In this document: positions 17,571-38,195 of the stretch, in pieces
Numbering within the stretch: the first letter of the stretch is position 1
How the letters are laid out: the number at the start of each line of letters is the position of its first letter
Assembly: GCF_009914755.1 (NCBI RefSeq)
Contig: NC_060926.1
Length of the DNA stretch: 64,000 bases
DNA from: the human T2T-CHM13v2.0 reference genome, Homo sapiens
Direction: 5' to 3' (one strand)
Notes under the pieces: model-generated
Databases searched by the model: none
Told to the model about the DNA's origin: nothing
What the model saw: only the letters and a program-made list of their open reading frames with translations
Position numbers and translations under genes: made by a program

Positions 17571-17921
17571 GGCTGGGTGCAGTGGCTCATAGCTGTAATC
17601 CCAGCACTTTGGGAGGTCAGGGCAGGTGGATTGCTTGAGGCCAGGAGCTCCAGCGAGACTCTATCTCAAAAAAAAAAAAAAAAAAAGATAGTGAGTTTTC
17701 ATGAGATCTGGTTGGGTAGCACCTCCCCTTTCTTTATCCTGCTCTGCCATAATAAGGCGTGCTTGCTTCCCCTTCACCTTCCGCCATGATTGTAAGTTTC
17801 CTGAGGCCACCCAGCCATGCTTCCTGTACAGCCTGTGGAACTGAGTCAATTAAATCTCTTTCTTCATAAATTACCCAGTCTCAGGTAGTTCTTTATCACA
17901 CTGTGAGAACAGACTAATACA
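17571..17921 (+). mobile_element. Internally deleted Alu (17571-17687) joined to 3' half of an MST/THE1 LTR
   Basis: Alu head fused to Alu tail; then 'ccgccatgattgtaagtttcctgaggcc...gaacagactaataca'. Confidence 0.8.
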
Positions 17922-18160
17922 GTTACCAAGGGATTAAGATGCAGAATTGTAGCAGGGAGAAGTCAGAATATATGTAGGAGAGAACATCCCACTAATTCTG
18001 ATGGCTAGAGGGGACTCACAGACCAACTTCTTCAAGGCCTCGTGTCTGGGGATACAGCTGCCACCTGGCTTACCCCAATCCAGCAGGGAAAACTGGAAGT
18101 CCCAAGATTAAGAGCAAGCAGCAAGAACTCCATTCAAAATAATGAAAGAAGGAAAGAAAG

Positions 18161-19010
<850 letters not shown>

Positions 19011-19691
19011 TCATGACATAGAATAAAGAAAATAGTAGAAAGTATGAAAATGAAATTCAAAGGAGTCACAGCAGATTTATGGCAGGGGAGGAGGCAGAGA
19101 TGAGAATGTGATGAGGGTGAGGGTCATAGATATTTCACATTTATTGGGGACTATTTTATTGCATACATATAAAGCCTAAAAGCAAATATGTCAAGACACA
19201 GATAACTCTCAATTCCATGAGGCAAGAAAACTTTATACTTATCTATATTTTTAACTTATTTAAAATTTTTAAAAATGGAAGAGATTGAAGTAGAAGGGGG
19301 TGCATTCGTAAAGGATTCCTGAAGAAGATGAATTTTGAGTGTGTATGCAATGTACCCCTAAATGTAAAAAATGGACCTTGGAGGAGTTTTCCTTTTGGAT
19401 ACTGTGACAACACAGAAAGAGCAATTAACAGTCCCTGTTTTTCAGAAGCTAGTTTGAAATATAAAAATTAGCTATGTGAAACACTCAGTGACCAATATAT
19501 ACTCAGAGTTTAAAGTTATCACTTATTACTAATAAAAGAGAAAGCAAAAAATTACTCAGAATGAATGATTCGGAATTTTTCATGACCCCACCTCAAATAC
19601 ATCATCTATATTTCTTTCAACTTTCCCACCCACTATCATCTATACCTATGCCATCATCACATAAATGATTCCTTTGGAATGGTCTTAAACT

Positions 19692-19832
19692 AAAAAAGAA
19701 AGAAGGAAGAAAAGGAGGTAGGGAGGGAAGGAGAAAGAGAAAGAATGGGGGTACAAAGGAGGGAGGGAAGGAAACAAAGAGGGACAAAGAGAAGGAGGGA
19801 CAGAGAGAGACAAGGAGGAAAGAGAGCAGAGA
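19692..19832 (+). repeat. GA-rich low-complexity tract
   Basis: Purine-rich degenerate GGAA/GAGA repeats. Confidence 0.8.
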
Positions 19833-20173
19833 GCTCAATATATGTCCAGGTAACTCACTAATGGGCTGGATTATCTTTCATTCTAGAAAAAAAGGAAAAA
19901 GCAGATAAACCCACAATATCACAGTGGACAAAAAGTTTTCTTTTTTGAGGGACAAAAGCAAAAGTTGTCCTAGAAGGATATAAGTCTCTAACCCTGTGAC
20001 TAAAATATACCAGAATATTTTTGGCTCTTTTGGATTGGCTATTTTTATGAATATATGATTCCAACAAAAATCTTCCCTCCTCATGTTTCTCAATCCTGTG
20101 TGTATCCACCGAAGTGCTTGATGTCATTTTTTTGTGTTAGGTCTTTTTCTTTTTAAGAATAATTCATGGCCAG

Positions 20174-20278
20174 CGCTGTGCAACCCTCCAAGTGTGAAGT
20201 GACAGCCTTGTGTGTGACACTTTGCCCTCCCCAAGTTTGCATTTTCGACATTAAAGTTTACTGTTTATTAAAAAAAAA
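20174..20278 (+). mobile_element. SVA2-like 3' terminal fragment (5'-truncated)
   Basis: 'cgctgtgcaaccctccaagtgtgaagtgacagccttgtgtgtg...tttgcattttcgacattaaagtttac' plus poly(A); TSD aattcatggccag (20161-20173 / 20279-20291). Confidence 0.75.
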
Positions 20279-20285
20279 AATTCAT

Positions 20286-20579
20286 GGCCAGGTGCGGTGG
20301 CTCACGCCTGTAATCTCAGCACTTTGGGAGGCCGAGGCAGGAGGATCACCTGAGGTCAGGAGTTCAAGACCAGCCTGGCCAATATGGTGAAACCCCGTCT
20401 CTAATAAAAATACAAAAATTAGCCGGGCGTGGTGGCAGGCGCCTGTAGTCCCAGCTACTTGGAGGCTGAGGCAGGAGAATGGCGTGAACCCGGGAAACGG
20501 AGCTTGCAGTGAGCCGAGGTAGCGCCATTGCATTCCAGCCTGGGCAACAGAGGGAGACTCCATCTCAAAAAAAAAAAAA
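20286..20579 (+). mobile_element. Alu (Sx-like left arm, Y-like right arm)
   Basis: TSD aagaataattcat at 20155-20167 and 20578-20590. Confidence 0.9.
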
Positions 20580-21104
20580 GAATAATTCATTTCATTATCT
20601 TGCTATCTTTGAGTACCGTGGTATCAATTAACAACATAAGCCACAGGACATCTGACAACACAAGATGTTGCCACAGCTGCAGAACTCACCTAGGCCATAA
20701 AACTGCATTTACATTTTGTCTTTTAGAGTTTGAATAAAATCTGATTTCATTACTATGCTATTGAGCACATTTATAGTGTGAGCATTCATAAACACCCCTC
20801 CATGATAAGATGACTCAATTGCCCTTTTTTCCTGAACTGCTGAAGCCTGAGATGCTACCTGTGAACAGCCTAAAATGTGAGGTCAGAGTCAGGCCAAAAG
20901 TATTAAACAGTATGTCTTTTCCAGAGAAAACTTTTAAAAAGAAATTCTGATGCAGATAAAATATTTAAATGAAGGGGGAAAGTAAAAACATTCAAGTCAC
21001 TCTGAAACTAAATAATGGTAAATTATAACAGCTTTCAACAATACTTAGTTCTCATGAAAAGTATTTACCATGGCAACCATTGCATCAAATTGCTCTTAAA
21101 CAAG

Positions 21105-21335
21105 GAATTCAAGACATCTATTGTACAGCATGGTGACTATAGTCAAAGACAATAATATTGTATTCTTAAGAAATGCTAAGAGAGTGGATGTTAAGTGTTC
21201 TCACTACAAAAATGATAACTATATGAGGTAATGCATTTGTTAATTAGCTAGCTTTAACCATTCCACAATGTATATATACTTTAAAACATAATGTTGTATA
21301 AATTATTATAATTTCATATCAATTTTTTAAAATAA
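21105..21335 (+). mobile_element. L1MA-type 3' end fragment
   Basis: 'ctattgtacagcatggtgactatagt...aaatgctaagagagtggatgttaagtgttctcactac'. Confidence 0.8.
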
Positions 21336-21414
21336 ATTTGTTCAGCACCAATAAAAAATAATTTATTTTTAAAATAAATTTTAAATTTTAAAATTTTTAA
21401 AATTTTTAAAATTA

Positions 21415-22061
<647 letters not shown>

Positions 22062-22465
22062 CTATAACAAAAAAGGGAAGCAAGAGAAGGTTATCTCCTA
22101 GAATTATATACTTTCCCTACACATGCTTATCCATTTTTATGAACTTAAAAGCTCACCTTAAAAATAATAGCACCCTTTGACCCAGCATGTCACTTGCACT
22201 CCTAAGTACAAATATTAGAGAAGCACTCACAAGATAATACGTACATAAACGTACATAGCAACATTGGAATTACAAAAATTTGGAAACAAACTACATTTCC
22301 ATCAATAAGAAGAAAGTTAAATGAAATATACATATAACTCATACAAACTACACAGCACTTATGAAACTGAATAACTTGAACTACATATAACAACAATAGT
22401 TAATCTCACAAATAAAAAGTTGAGCAAAAAAGCAGGTTGAGGAAGATTACAGTATGTAGCACTAA

Positions 22466-22670
22466 GCCAGACATGGTGGCTCAGGCTTGTAATCCCAGCT
22501 ACTCAGGAGGCTGAGGTAGAAGGATAGCTTGAGACCAGCCTGGGAAACATAGCAAGACCCTGTCACTTAAAAATGTATGTATACATTTTTTCATATTCAT
22601 ATGAAATATAAATATTTATATATAAATATATATTATCCATATATATTTATATATATATTTATAAAATATG
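22466..22670 (+). mobile_element. Alu monomer with AT-rich palindromic tail
   Basis: Monomer followed by (TA)-rich tract; TSD tatgtagcacta. Confidence 0.75.
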
Positions 22671-22753
22671 TAGCACTACTAGAAGTATACCAAATAAACA
22701 TTCTGGCATAAGGTCAATAAATTGAAATCAATATTTAGTTGAGGAGAAAATGA

Positions 22754-23073
<320 letters not shown>

Positions 23074-23182
23074 CTACTGGGTCATTTTAAACAGCAAACT
23101 GATACAAAATGTCTTTCTGCTACAGCAATCATAATTAAAGGCAAAAGAAAACAAATAGCTCAGAGAAAAAGAAACTTGGTAG

Positions 23183-24513
23183 TGTGTCCGAAATTGGTGA
23201 GTTCTTGGTCTCACTGACTTCAAGAATGAAGCCGTGGACCCTCGCAGTGAGTGTTACAGTTCTTAAAGATGGTGTGTTCGGCGTTTGTTCCTTCTGATGT
23301 TTGGACGTGTTTGGAGTTTCTTCCTTCTGGTGGGTTCGTGGTCTCACTGGCTTCAGGAGAGAAGCTGCAGACCTTTGTGGTGAGTGTTACAGCTCTTAAG
23401 AAGGCGTGTCTGGAGTTGTCTGTTCCTCCCGTCTGGAGTTGTTCATTCCTCCCAGTGGATTCGTGGTCTCGCTAGCCTCAGGAGTGAAGCTGTTGACCTT
23501 CACAGTGAGCGTTACAGATCTTAAGGGCAGTGCAGACCCAAAGAGTGAGCAGCAACAAGATTTATTGCAAAGAGCCAAAAGACAAAACTTCCACAGTGTG
23601 GAAAGGGACCCCACGGGGTTGCCGCTGCTGGCTCGGGTAGCCTACTTTTATTGCCTTATCTGATCCCACCCATATCCTGCTGATTGGTCCATTTTACAGA
23701 GAGCTGATTGGTCTGTTTACAATCCTTTAGCTAGACACAAATGTTCTCCAAGTCCCCACTAGATTAGCTAGACACAGAGCACTGATTGGTGTGTTGACAA
23801 ACATTGAGCTAGACACAAAGTGCTGATTGGTGCATTTACAATCCTCCAGCTAGACATAAAAGTTCTCCAAGTCCCCACCCGCCTCGGGAGCCCAGCTGGC
23901 TTCACCTAGTGGATCCCTCCCCAGGGCCGCAGGAGGAGCCTGTGCAGTCCCATGCTGCGCTGCCAGCACTCCTCAGTCCTTGGGCGGTTCGATGGAACTG
24001 GGCGCGGCGGAGCATGGGGTGGCGCCAATCAGGGAGGCTCCGGCCGTGCTGGAGCCCACCAGGGGTGGGGGTCTCAGGCATGGCAGGCCGCAAGTCCAGA
24101 GCCCTGCCCCGCGAGGAGGCAGCTGAGGCCCAGCGAGCGCTGTGCGGGCAGGCCAGCACTGCTGGGGGACCCAGGGCACCCTCCGCAGCTGCTATCCCGG
24201 GTGCTAAGCCCCTCACTGCCTGGGGCTGGCGGTGCCGGCCGGCTGCTCGGAGTGCGGGGCCCGTTGAGCCCGCGCCCACCTGGAACTCGCGCTGGCCCGC
24301 GTGCGCCGCGTGCAGCCTCAGTTCCCGCCTGCACTTCTTCCTCCACACCTCCCCACAAGCAGAGGGAGATGGCTCCGGCCTTGGCCATCCCAGAGAGGGG
24401 CTCCCACAGTGCAGCGGCAGGCTGAAGGTCTCCTCAAGCGCGGCCAGTGTGGGTACCAAGGCCGAGGAGGCGCCAAGAGCAAGCGAGGGCTGCCAGTACG
24501 CTGTCACCTCTCG
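23183..24513 (-). mobile_element. LTR12 (ERV9) solo LTR
   Basis: Termini tgtgtccgaaattggtg... and ...gctgtcacctctcg; 4-bp TSD gtag; CTGATTGG repeats; CpG-rich U3. Confidence 0.93.
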
Positions 24514-24936
24514 GTAGCCTGATCGTGATTGAAACCAAATGAACAAGATTCAAATCTGCAGTCGTTAGGGGTAAATAAGATCTGTCTACCTTAAGTGGTA
24601 GTAACTTAATATCAAAGGCAGCACACTGGGATGCCCCCTCGCTTCTGTTTGGGCACAGCTTTCTTTTCTACTATTATCTGGTACAAAACTGGTTTTCTGT
24701 ACATCTCCTCAACCTCTGACCAGAAAGCCTTGGCCCTGGAACCTCTTGGTGATAGTCGTTTGCCTGTGCTAAATAACAACCTCACTTCCTGTTTTCTCTT
24801 TTATCTCAACACAACAGGTACAGAGTGGAGGATGTGACAGTTAGAGGGAATGTTGCAACAATAATGAAAGCAATTACTCTTGAGTCTTAGGCTTCCTTGC
24901 TCGTTTTCGTTTCAGTAGATTATCTCTTGTGAATAA

Positions 24937-25413
<477 letters not shown>

Positions 25414-25769
25414 CCAGACCTTGAGTTTCTTTTTGAGTTTTGTAATTTTATATCTACTTTATGTCTTTATAAATCTCACTTACCTTAAAGAAAGGCTGAA
25501 CTATAAGACAGCCAAGATTTAGAAAACAGTATGATTATTTAGGACAGTGAAATGAGGAAAGAAATGAAGTGCTTAGAAATTTTGCTTTCACTATGTGCGG
25601 TATGGAATCAGTTCCTTCACAAAAAACTCTCCTACAGTAAATGAATTGCCTTTCATGATATATTTAAATTTAAGTATCTATCCTGCAGCTCATTTTTATA
25701 GTGTGTTCTACTGACTTTCCAGCAGAAAATCTGGCTCTTTTAAACATTTTTGCTCAAATAGAAATTAAA

Positions 25770-25980
25770 TGAGCGGTTGCCTGGCGGTGGGGTTTGGGGT
25801 GCAGATAGGATTGACTCCTACGGGGTGGGGGTTCCTTTTGGAGATGATGGAAATATTCTAAACTTGGATTTTGGTGGTAGTTGCACAGTTCTATGAATAT
25901 GCTAAAACCATCGAATTGTACACCTTAAATGGGTGAATTTTATGGTATGTGAATTATATCTCGATAAAGATGGTTTTAAA
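25770..25980 (+). mobile_element. L1MB/MC-type 3' end fragment
   Basis: 'gatgatggaaatattctaaac...gaattgtacaccttaaatgggtgaattttatggtatgtgaattatatctc'. Confidence 0.8.
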
Positions 25981-25993
25981 AAAATCTATTCTG

Positions 25994-26358
<365 letters not shown>

Positions 26359-26442
26359 TTAGATTTGAGTGATTTCTTTGCTAAACCGGAGAGGCCAAGA
26401 AACCAATGACAGACTTTGAGGTTTTTTAATCCAAAATATCCT

Positions 26443-26715
26443 GCCGGGTGTGGTGGCTCGTGCCTGTAATCCCAGCACTTTGGTAGGCCGAGGCAGGGAG
26501 ATCACTTGAGGTCAGGAGTTCAAGACCAACCTGGAAAACATGGTGAAACCACGTCTCTACTAAAAATACAAAAAACTAGCCAGGCGTGGTGATGGACGCC
26601 TGTAATCCCAGCTACTCGAGAGTCTGAGGCAGGAGAATCACTTGAACCCGGAGGCGGAGTTTGCAGTGAACTGAGATCATGCCACTGCACCCCAAAACAC
26701 TCCATCTCAAAAAAA
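26443..26715 (+). mobile_element. AluS
   Basis: Alu dimer with 3' internal deletion. Confidence 0.88.
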
Positions 26716-26789
26716 TCCTAACATTCCACCATTCTCTCTCTCCACCTTCTATCAAGGTCCTTCATTATTTATCTAATGAGTAATCTCAC

Positions 26790-27590
<801 letters not shown>

Positions 27591-27592
27591 AA

Positions 27593-27909
<317 letters not shown>

Positions 27910-28361
27910 TCATATTTTACAATTATGTAAAAATGTCAGTGTCTAAAGTGAGTTTGTTTTAATGACCAAGGGCTGCTTCTTGTGCACACAAAAGAGCATT
28001 TGTTGTTAATTGGGTTTTTAATTATTACACAATTTATTGAAGAAACAAATTTTTCTTAAATTTTTAAGTTCAATTTAAAATAGTTCAGCTTACATATAGA
28101 TGTAATAAGTGACATACTAGAGATCCATGCAAAAAGAAAGAAAAAGAAAACATTGTTTCACAGAGAAGCATTTGAGCTAGGCCTTAAATAATGAGAAAAA
28201 AAGAAAATTTAAGGCAGAAAAAATAGCACATGGGGTCCTAAAAGGGTGTATTATGTTAGATGTCCACGTGAGGCAGGAAAAATAGAGATGAGGCTGGAAA
28301 GTAAACGAAGGCCAAATTGCTTAAGGTCTTATTTAAACCAGACTAAGCAGCTGAAAGTTTA

Positions 28362-28787
<426 letters not shown>

Positions 28788-28879
28788 CTATTCGGAGACG
28801 ATTATGGTATTAACTAATGATAGAGGACACGAGTTTGAACCAAGAGAAGACCCCACTGCATAGGCTGCAGCAGGCCACT

Positions 28880-29375
28880 CTTACTACAACACCAGGGCTT
28901 TGTTCTAGGTCCTACTGTTCACCACACAGAAACCCAATCACTGGGGCAGTGAGTATTGCCAGGGAAGAAGGCTTTAATCGGGGGCTACAGCCAAGGAATT
29001 GGGAGATCAGTCTCAAATCCATCTCCCTGATCAACTAAAATCAGGGGTTTATACAGCAAGGAAGAAATGAAACTACATGCAGGAAAACAGGAATAGAGAG
29101 GGGTGAGGAAGAGGAGTTGGTCAACAGGAAGCAGGTGGTGAGTTAGGCAATCATGATGGGTGAGGTGTCTGGCATCTCACTGTCCTGATGCAGCAACCTG
29201 GTAAGTTTCAGCTTCCTGATACTATCTGGGAGGCATGACGGTTGGTTTCCTGAGAATGGAACTCAGATAAGACAAATGGAACTTACTCAAGTTTTAAGAC
29301 TAAGAGGATTAATTCATATGTTTATTCAGAAGAAACTCTAAACATTAGTTGTATGGGACAATTGGGCAGGTTTCA
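28880..29375 (-). mobile_element. ERV1-class solo LTR (LTR26-like)
   Basis: 'gagtattgccagggaagaaggctttaatcggg...tcaaatccatctccctga...gggacaattgggcaggtttca'. Confidence 0.7.
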
Positions 29376-29984
29376 CAACCAGGGCAGGCGACAAGTGGGG
29401 GACAAAGCAGAGGCTCAGTGTTCACAGTCAGAGCTGAGGGCAAGTCAAGTCTGTAATGGAAAAGGGGCCAGTGTTCCCAAGATGCATTGCCAAGGCTGTG
29501 CAGGACCACGGGACCAGTGCCGGACCTGCAGGACCTTCAGTTCACGACCACATGCTAACTGCTACAGGCTGCAGCTTCAGACCAGCAGAGCACACAGAAA
29601 ACAGGTGGACAAAGGAGAGAGAAGGCGGGGGACCCAGAAGGGGCCCGTGGCTCTTCCTGCTGTGGTGAAGACTCATAAGCCATACTAGTCTCTCTTCTCC
29701 ATACATCTGTTCACCACGTTAGGAGAAGAAGCAGGAAGACCGGGAGATTATTGAGATAATTCATCCAAGAGAAACTGAACATAGCTAAAGGAATTATGTC
29801 AATGATCAGCATTACCATGCTTTAAACCAGACTGGACATTTCAATCATCTTCACCACCACCAACAACAACTAACCAAGTGAGTGGTGGCTTAATAGAAGA
29901 CCAGAGCAGCTATGGACAAACTGATAGGAAAACCCATTTCATCTGCACAACAAAGTTGGAGCACAAGTTAAATTATGCAACTCT

Positions 29985-30249
29985 CTTGGGGAGGCCAAGG
30001 CAGGAAGATCATTTGAGGTCAGAAGTTTGAGACCAGCCTGGACAACATGGTGAAACCACGTCTCTACTAAAAATACAAAAATTAGCTGGGCATGGTGTTG
30101 CGTACCTGTAATCCCAGCTACAGGGGAAGCTGAAGCAAGAGAATCGCTTGAACATGGGGGGCAGAGTTTTCGGTGAGCTGAGATCGCACCACTGCATTCC
30201 AGCCTGGGAGACAGAGCGAGAATCCAACTCAAGAAAAAAGAAAAAAAAA
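29985..30249 (+). mobile_element. 5'-truncated AluS
   Basis: TSD aaattatgcaactct / aaattgtgcaactct. Confidence 0.9.
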
Positions 30250-30378
30250 TTGTGCAACTCTGATACAGAGGCATAGAAAAAGAAGAGTTGAAGATACAAA
30301 CATTGGTTGATAATATCCAGCACTGTCCAGGGAAGACACTGAATCTGAGGCGCATCAGCAGTTCGTCATCAGAGATGA

Positions 30379-30774
<396 letters not shown>

Positions 30775-32372
30775 TGATTGTTAATTCATCTAATTCATCA
30801 TCACCAGTTCTTCCATACTAGGAAAGGGAGATTAGAACATTCCAGGCCCTGGAAGAGGATAATCTCTTTTAAATAGATAGAATAGGCTTTTATCTTATAT
30901 ACCAGTCCTTAAAAATGTAGCTGGGGTTAGTCTCTAAGCAGGACGAATCCTGGGGCACTGACAATACCGAGTTTCCTGCCTGAAAGGCTGAGGACCAGAC
31001 CCTGGACTAAAAGGTGAATTTACACCCTGGTGATCACTTGGCTAATTTCTCCCAACAACACCGCCGCCTTCCTGTCCTGTCCCTTCCATCAATGTCATGT
31101 CACACTGCGACTCCACCTTGGATGAATAAACAAACTCATGGAAGTACAGCACAGTTTGGCCAGGTGCACATACTTCCTCCAAGTTCCTATTCTTGCCCTG
31201 TGACACGCTCCATGTGTGTTGGCCAAGCTGTGGCCTCACAGACTCATCCCTAAATCACCTCCCATCACCTATTCCACTCTATTCTGACCTACTGTCAAAG
31301 TTCTGGCTGCTGATTTTTATATTCCTTCTATTTATTTTCCCACTGTTGCTGTTGGATTTGGATTTGGCTTACTCAGAAAGCCCTAAGTGACGCCTTTTCT
31401 ATTTCAGCCCATCTCCCTCTATACCAGCCCTGAACAGAAGGGCTGTTCTCCTACCCAGCCCTCCCTGGCCTTGCAGACAGGACTTAGGACCACAGAGCCG
31501 TCCAGGGGACATTCACCACATCAGAAGAAGGTCAAATTGGCATCAACCAAGCTAGATTCAGCATTAGATGTGGAGGTTCCAACAATCTCCAGAACCTTTG
31601 GCCAGGCTCTACCTCAGGGATCTGAGAGCAGCATAATCTACAGAGAGACAGGGACACATTCAGCAGGACTGCTGATTCCCCAGGGAGGCTTTGAGAAAGT
31701 AGTGCTTCAGGAAGCAGCATCTGGGAGCTGATGGTGCTCCTATTTGGCAGCACAGAGCTGTCCTGTCCTTCCCACTGTTCCAGACGCAGTGATGATGGAG
31801 CGAAGAGCACTACACTGTGGCTGCAGCAGCTCAAGCTCACAGCCAAGTCACACAAGCTCAACATGTTCCCTGCCCATTACATACTATTTGGGGGTAGACA
31901 TTGGAGCCAGGCAGGCCTGAATTTGAATACCAGTGTGACTCTTTGGCCCCAGTCCTCTTTGAGTCTCAATTTTCTCAGCTATGAAATGACAGTGGTTATA
32001 CCTCCCTCACAGATTAAACCACATAAAAATGCATAGCATGCACATTGCTTGATACAGCAGACACTAACCAATGTGAATTCTGATTCCTTTTCCTGAGAAT
32101 CTGATTCCAACCTGCGGCAGAATCTCCAGGATCCTAAAGTAGATGCGCTCCGCCAAGCCATCCTCTGTACTCAGCCATCCTTCTGCCTGGCCCTTAAGGA
32201 AGAAGGCCAACCTGAGTCAAATGGGGCTCTTCCTTCAGAGCATGACTGAATAGGCTTCATGGGAAGGAGTGGTGCTGGGGGTGAGGGACTCAAAAAAATG
32301 TATACCCCTTTGTTTTCAAACTTCAGTGAGCGTGGTAATCATTTAGAGAGTTTATTAAAAATAGAGGCCAGG

Positions 32373-33737
<1,365 letters not shown>

Positions 33738-33738
33738 T

Positions 33739-35066
<1,328 letters not shown>

Positions 35067-35781
35067 AAAAACACTGCCCAGGAGCTTGTCACATTTGCCC
35101 TCTCCTGACCTCGCCTGGCCCTTGCATAACCACACATCTTTATAGAATGTGGTTAAACTCAGAAGAAACTGCCAATTCCACTGCAATTCTCTCACCTAGA
35201 TTCAATGTTAGCCTTTTGAAGAGACACAGAAGCGACGCTTACATTTCTCTGTTCAAGCCTGCCCAAGGCAGGGCTGGATTAGCCTGCGGGCCTCTGACCT
35301 TCTGACTACAGTCCACACTGCACCCAGTGGGCTGTTCCAACAGACCACGGAGCACAGGGCCTCTGCTCTAGAACAGGGCGGAACACACTTGCTGGCCATC
35401 TAATGGACTCACCGCCAGCCCTGACTGTGGAGGGACCCTGTCTTGTAAGCCTGGCCATATGGGGTCTGCCTGGCCACATGAGGTCTGCCAGAGCCGTCCT
35501 ATCTGGCTAGATTCTTTGCTCTAGTTCCTCTCGGCTTTTTATCAGTAGTTCAGCTTTTCCTAGGGCCGCACAGTTGCTGAAATAAACTTACTCAGCCATT
35601 TCCACTTGCACGTGCCCCAGGAGCCCAGGAAAAGGCTCTGCTGAAAAGACTTCCCTCTTGCCCCGAGGTCACAGCCATACTTCTGTCCCAGTGTGTGGTT
35701 AAACGCCATCTCCCCTCCTTGCCTTTCCCTCTCTCTCTCTCCTTCTGGAGAAGCCACACAGTTTCATCAATCAATGCCACC

Positions 35782-36158
35782 TATCTTAGTCCGTTTGTAC
35801 TGCTGTAACAAAACTACCTGAGACTGGATAATTTATCAACAGCAGAAATTGATTTCTCACAGTCCTGGACGCTGGGAAGTCGAAGATGAAGGTGCCGGAG
35901 GGCTTGGTGCCTGGTTAGGGCCAGGTCTCTCCTTCTAAGATGGTGCCTTGAAGGCTGTGTCCTCACGTAGTGGGAGGGAAGGAAGGGCAAAAGCATCTAA
36001 GCTGGTTCTCTCCAGCCTCTTATAAGCCACTAATCCATTCATGAGGGCAGAACCTTCATGACGTCATCACTTCCCAAAAGACCTCACTTCTTAATACTAC
36101 CACAATGGGGATTAAGTTTCAACATGAATTTTAGAGGGGATACATTCAAACCACAGCA
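35782..36158 (-). mobile_element. MLT1A/MST-type LTR
   Basis: 'tcttagtccgtttgtactgctgtaacaaaactacctgagactgg...acattcaaaccacagca'. Confidence 0.85.
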
Positions 36159-37164
36159 CCACTCGTCTTGGTGTACCTACTGGCATACTTGAAACCATTC
36201 AAAAGGGCTTCATTCTCAGTTTGTTTTTGTTTTGTTTTTTTCAAAAATGTGGCATTTCTTGACAGGAACTGCCTCTGCTACGACCCCATTCAGAACAAAG
36301 TTAATCTGGTCAATGAGTGTCTCCCCCACCTGTAAGGAAGAATTTGCTAAGAGATGGCACAAAATCAAGGGACATGACTGAGGCTCAAAGAGCTGTAGAA
36401 CTCCAAGTGGAATTTGCTGGCCAAGCTTCTACTTTGAGCAGAGGCTGAAGTCATCCATAGAGAGGCTTTCCTGGAACTACAGGGATACACTGCAGAGCTC
36501 TCCCATTAATTAGTGGAAACTCCTACCAGCTGCAAAGCCATCCCTGGGGACCTCATCTGGCTATGACTCGGGATAGTGCCCCAGGTAGCTCCCAGTCATT
36601 GGTCCAAGGAAATTCCTTACTGTAACTACACTGGGTCAGTGTTGACTCCTGGAAACCTCTCCTTCCAACTGTCAGTCTCCTGTGACTTGGAGTTCTCCAT
36701 GTCTTTCATGGGAGCCAGCTCTGCAAGGGTTGGGGGAAACCCTGCATGGCTTGAGCGCTTCTGTTGACAACCCATTGCCATCAAAATGGTTCTTACTCTG
36801 TACCACCGCCCTCTGGGCATAATGAACATCTCTGTCTAGAGCTCTTTCGGACCTTCCCACTGCGATCCTCAGGGTCCCTAACTCCACACTCATAAGTGCA
36901 CCATCGTCTGGAATAAAATTTCTGTGTTCTCCTAGATCCCAGGAAATCATCTGACTCCTCTGTTTTCTCACCTTGGGTCATGCCTGAAGTGTATCTGACA
37001 CCCCCGGTGTGTACTCATAAACACCTAGCGACCAGTACACACCCAAGACACAGGCTCAGATTCTCAATGTATATGAAGGATGGGAGGAAAGAGGATGCAC
37101 TGCCAACCCTCCAAGGTCCTAGGAAAGTATATATTTAAATACCATCAACTATTAATAAAGAATG

Positions 37165-37860
<696 letters not shown>

Positions 37861-37869
37861 GGCCCTGAT

Positions 37870-38195
37870 CATCACTGAACATCCTTTTTGGATATGCCAA
37901 AGAGGCAAAAAGAAATGGCCTGACCGCTCTTTAGTTGGCCATTTCCCAGGGTTACGTTTCCATGAGTAGCCTTGAGGGATGAGGTAACATCTCCCAGACA
38001 AAAAGCAGGCTTGCTTGCCACTCTGTAAAAATGGTAGATTTCAGCTGCAACGTGAGTCCACTATGTGTACAGTGTTCACCTGGTTCCCTCTGTGTTGTCT
38101 TCTTGGGTCTTGGAGGACATGGGGAACTAGCCCCAAAATGATGAGTATGCTACTTGTTGTGCAGTGAGTAATAAAATCCTTTGTCTCACCCTGCC
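37870..38195 (+). mobile_element. ERVL LTR fragment (LTR40-like)
   Basis: 'gcagtgagtaataaaatcctttgtctc' R-region motif. Confidence 0.45.

Noticed and set aside
23902-24546. Overlapping 150-214 aa ORFs and CpG-island-like composition
   Set aside because: GC-rich U3 of LTR12 is stop-poor; not a host gene.
31387-32036. 100-114 aa ORFs in unique sequence
   Set aside because: No recognisable homology or supporting exon structure; lengths expected by chance.
36672-36971. 99-aa minus-strand ORF
   Set aside because: GTG start, no recognisable motif or consistent splice context.
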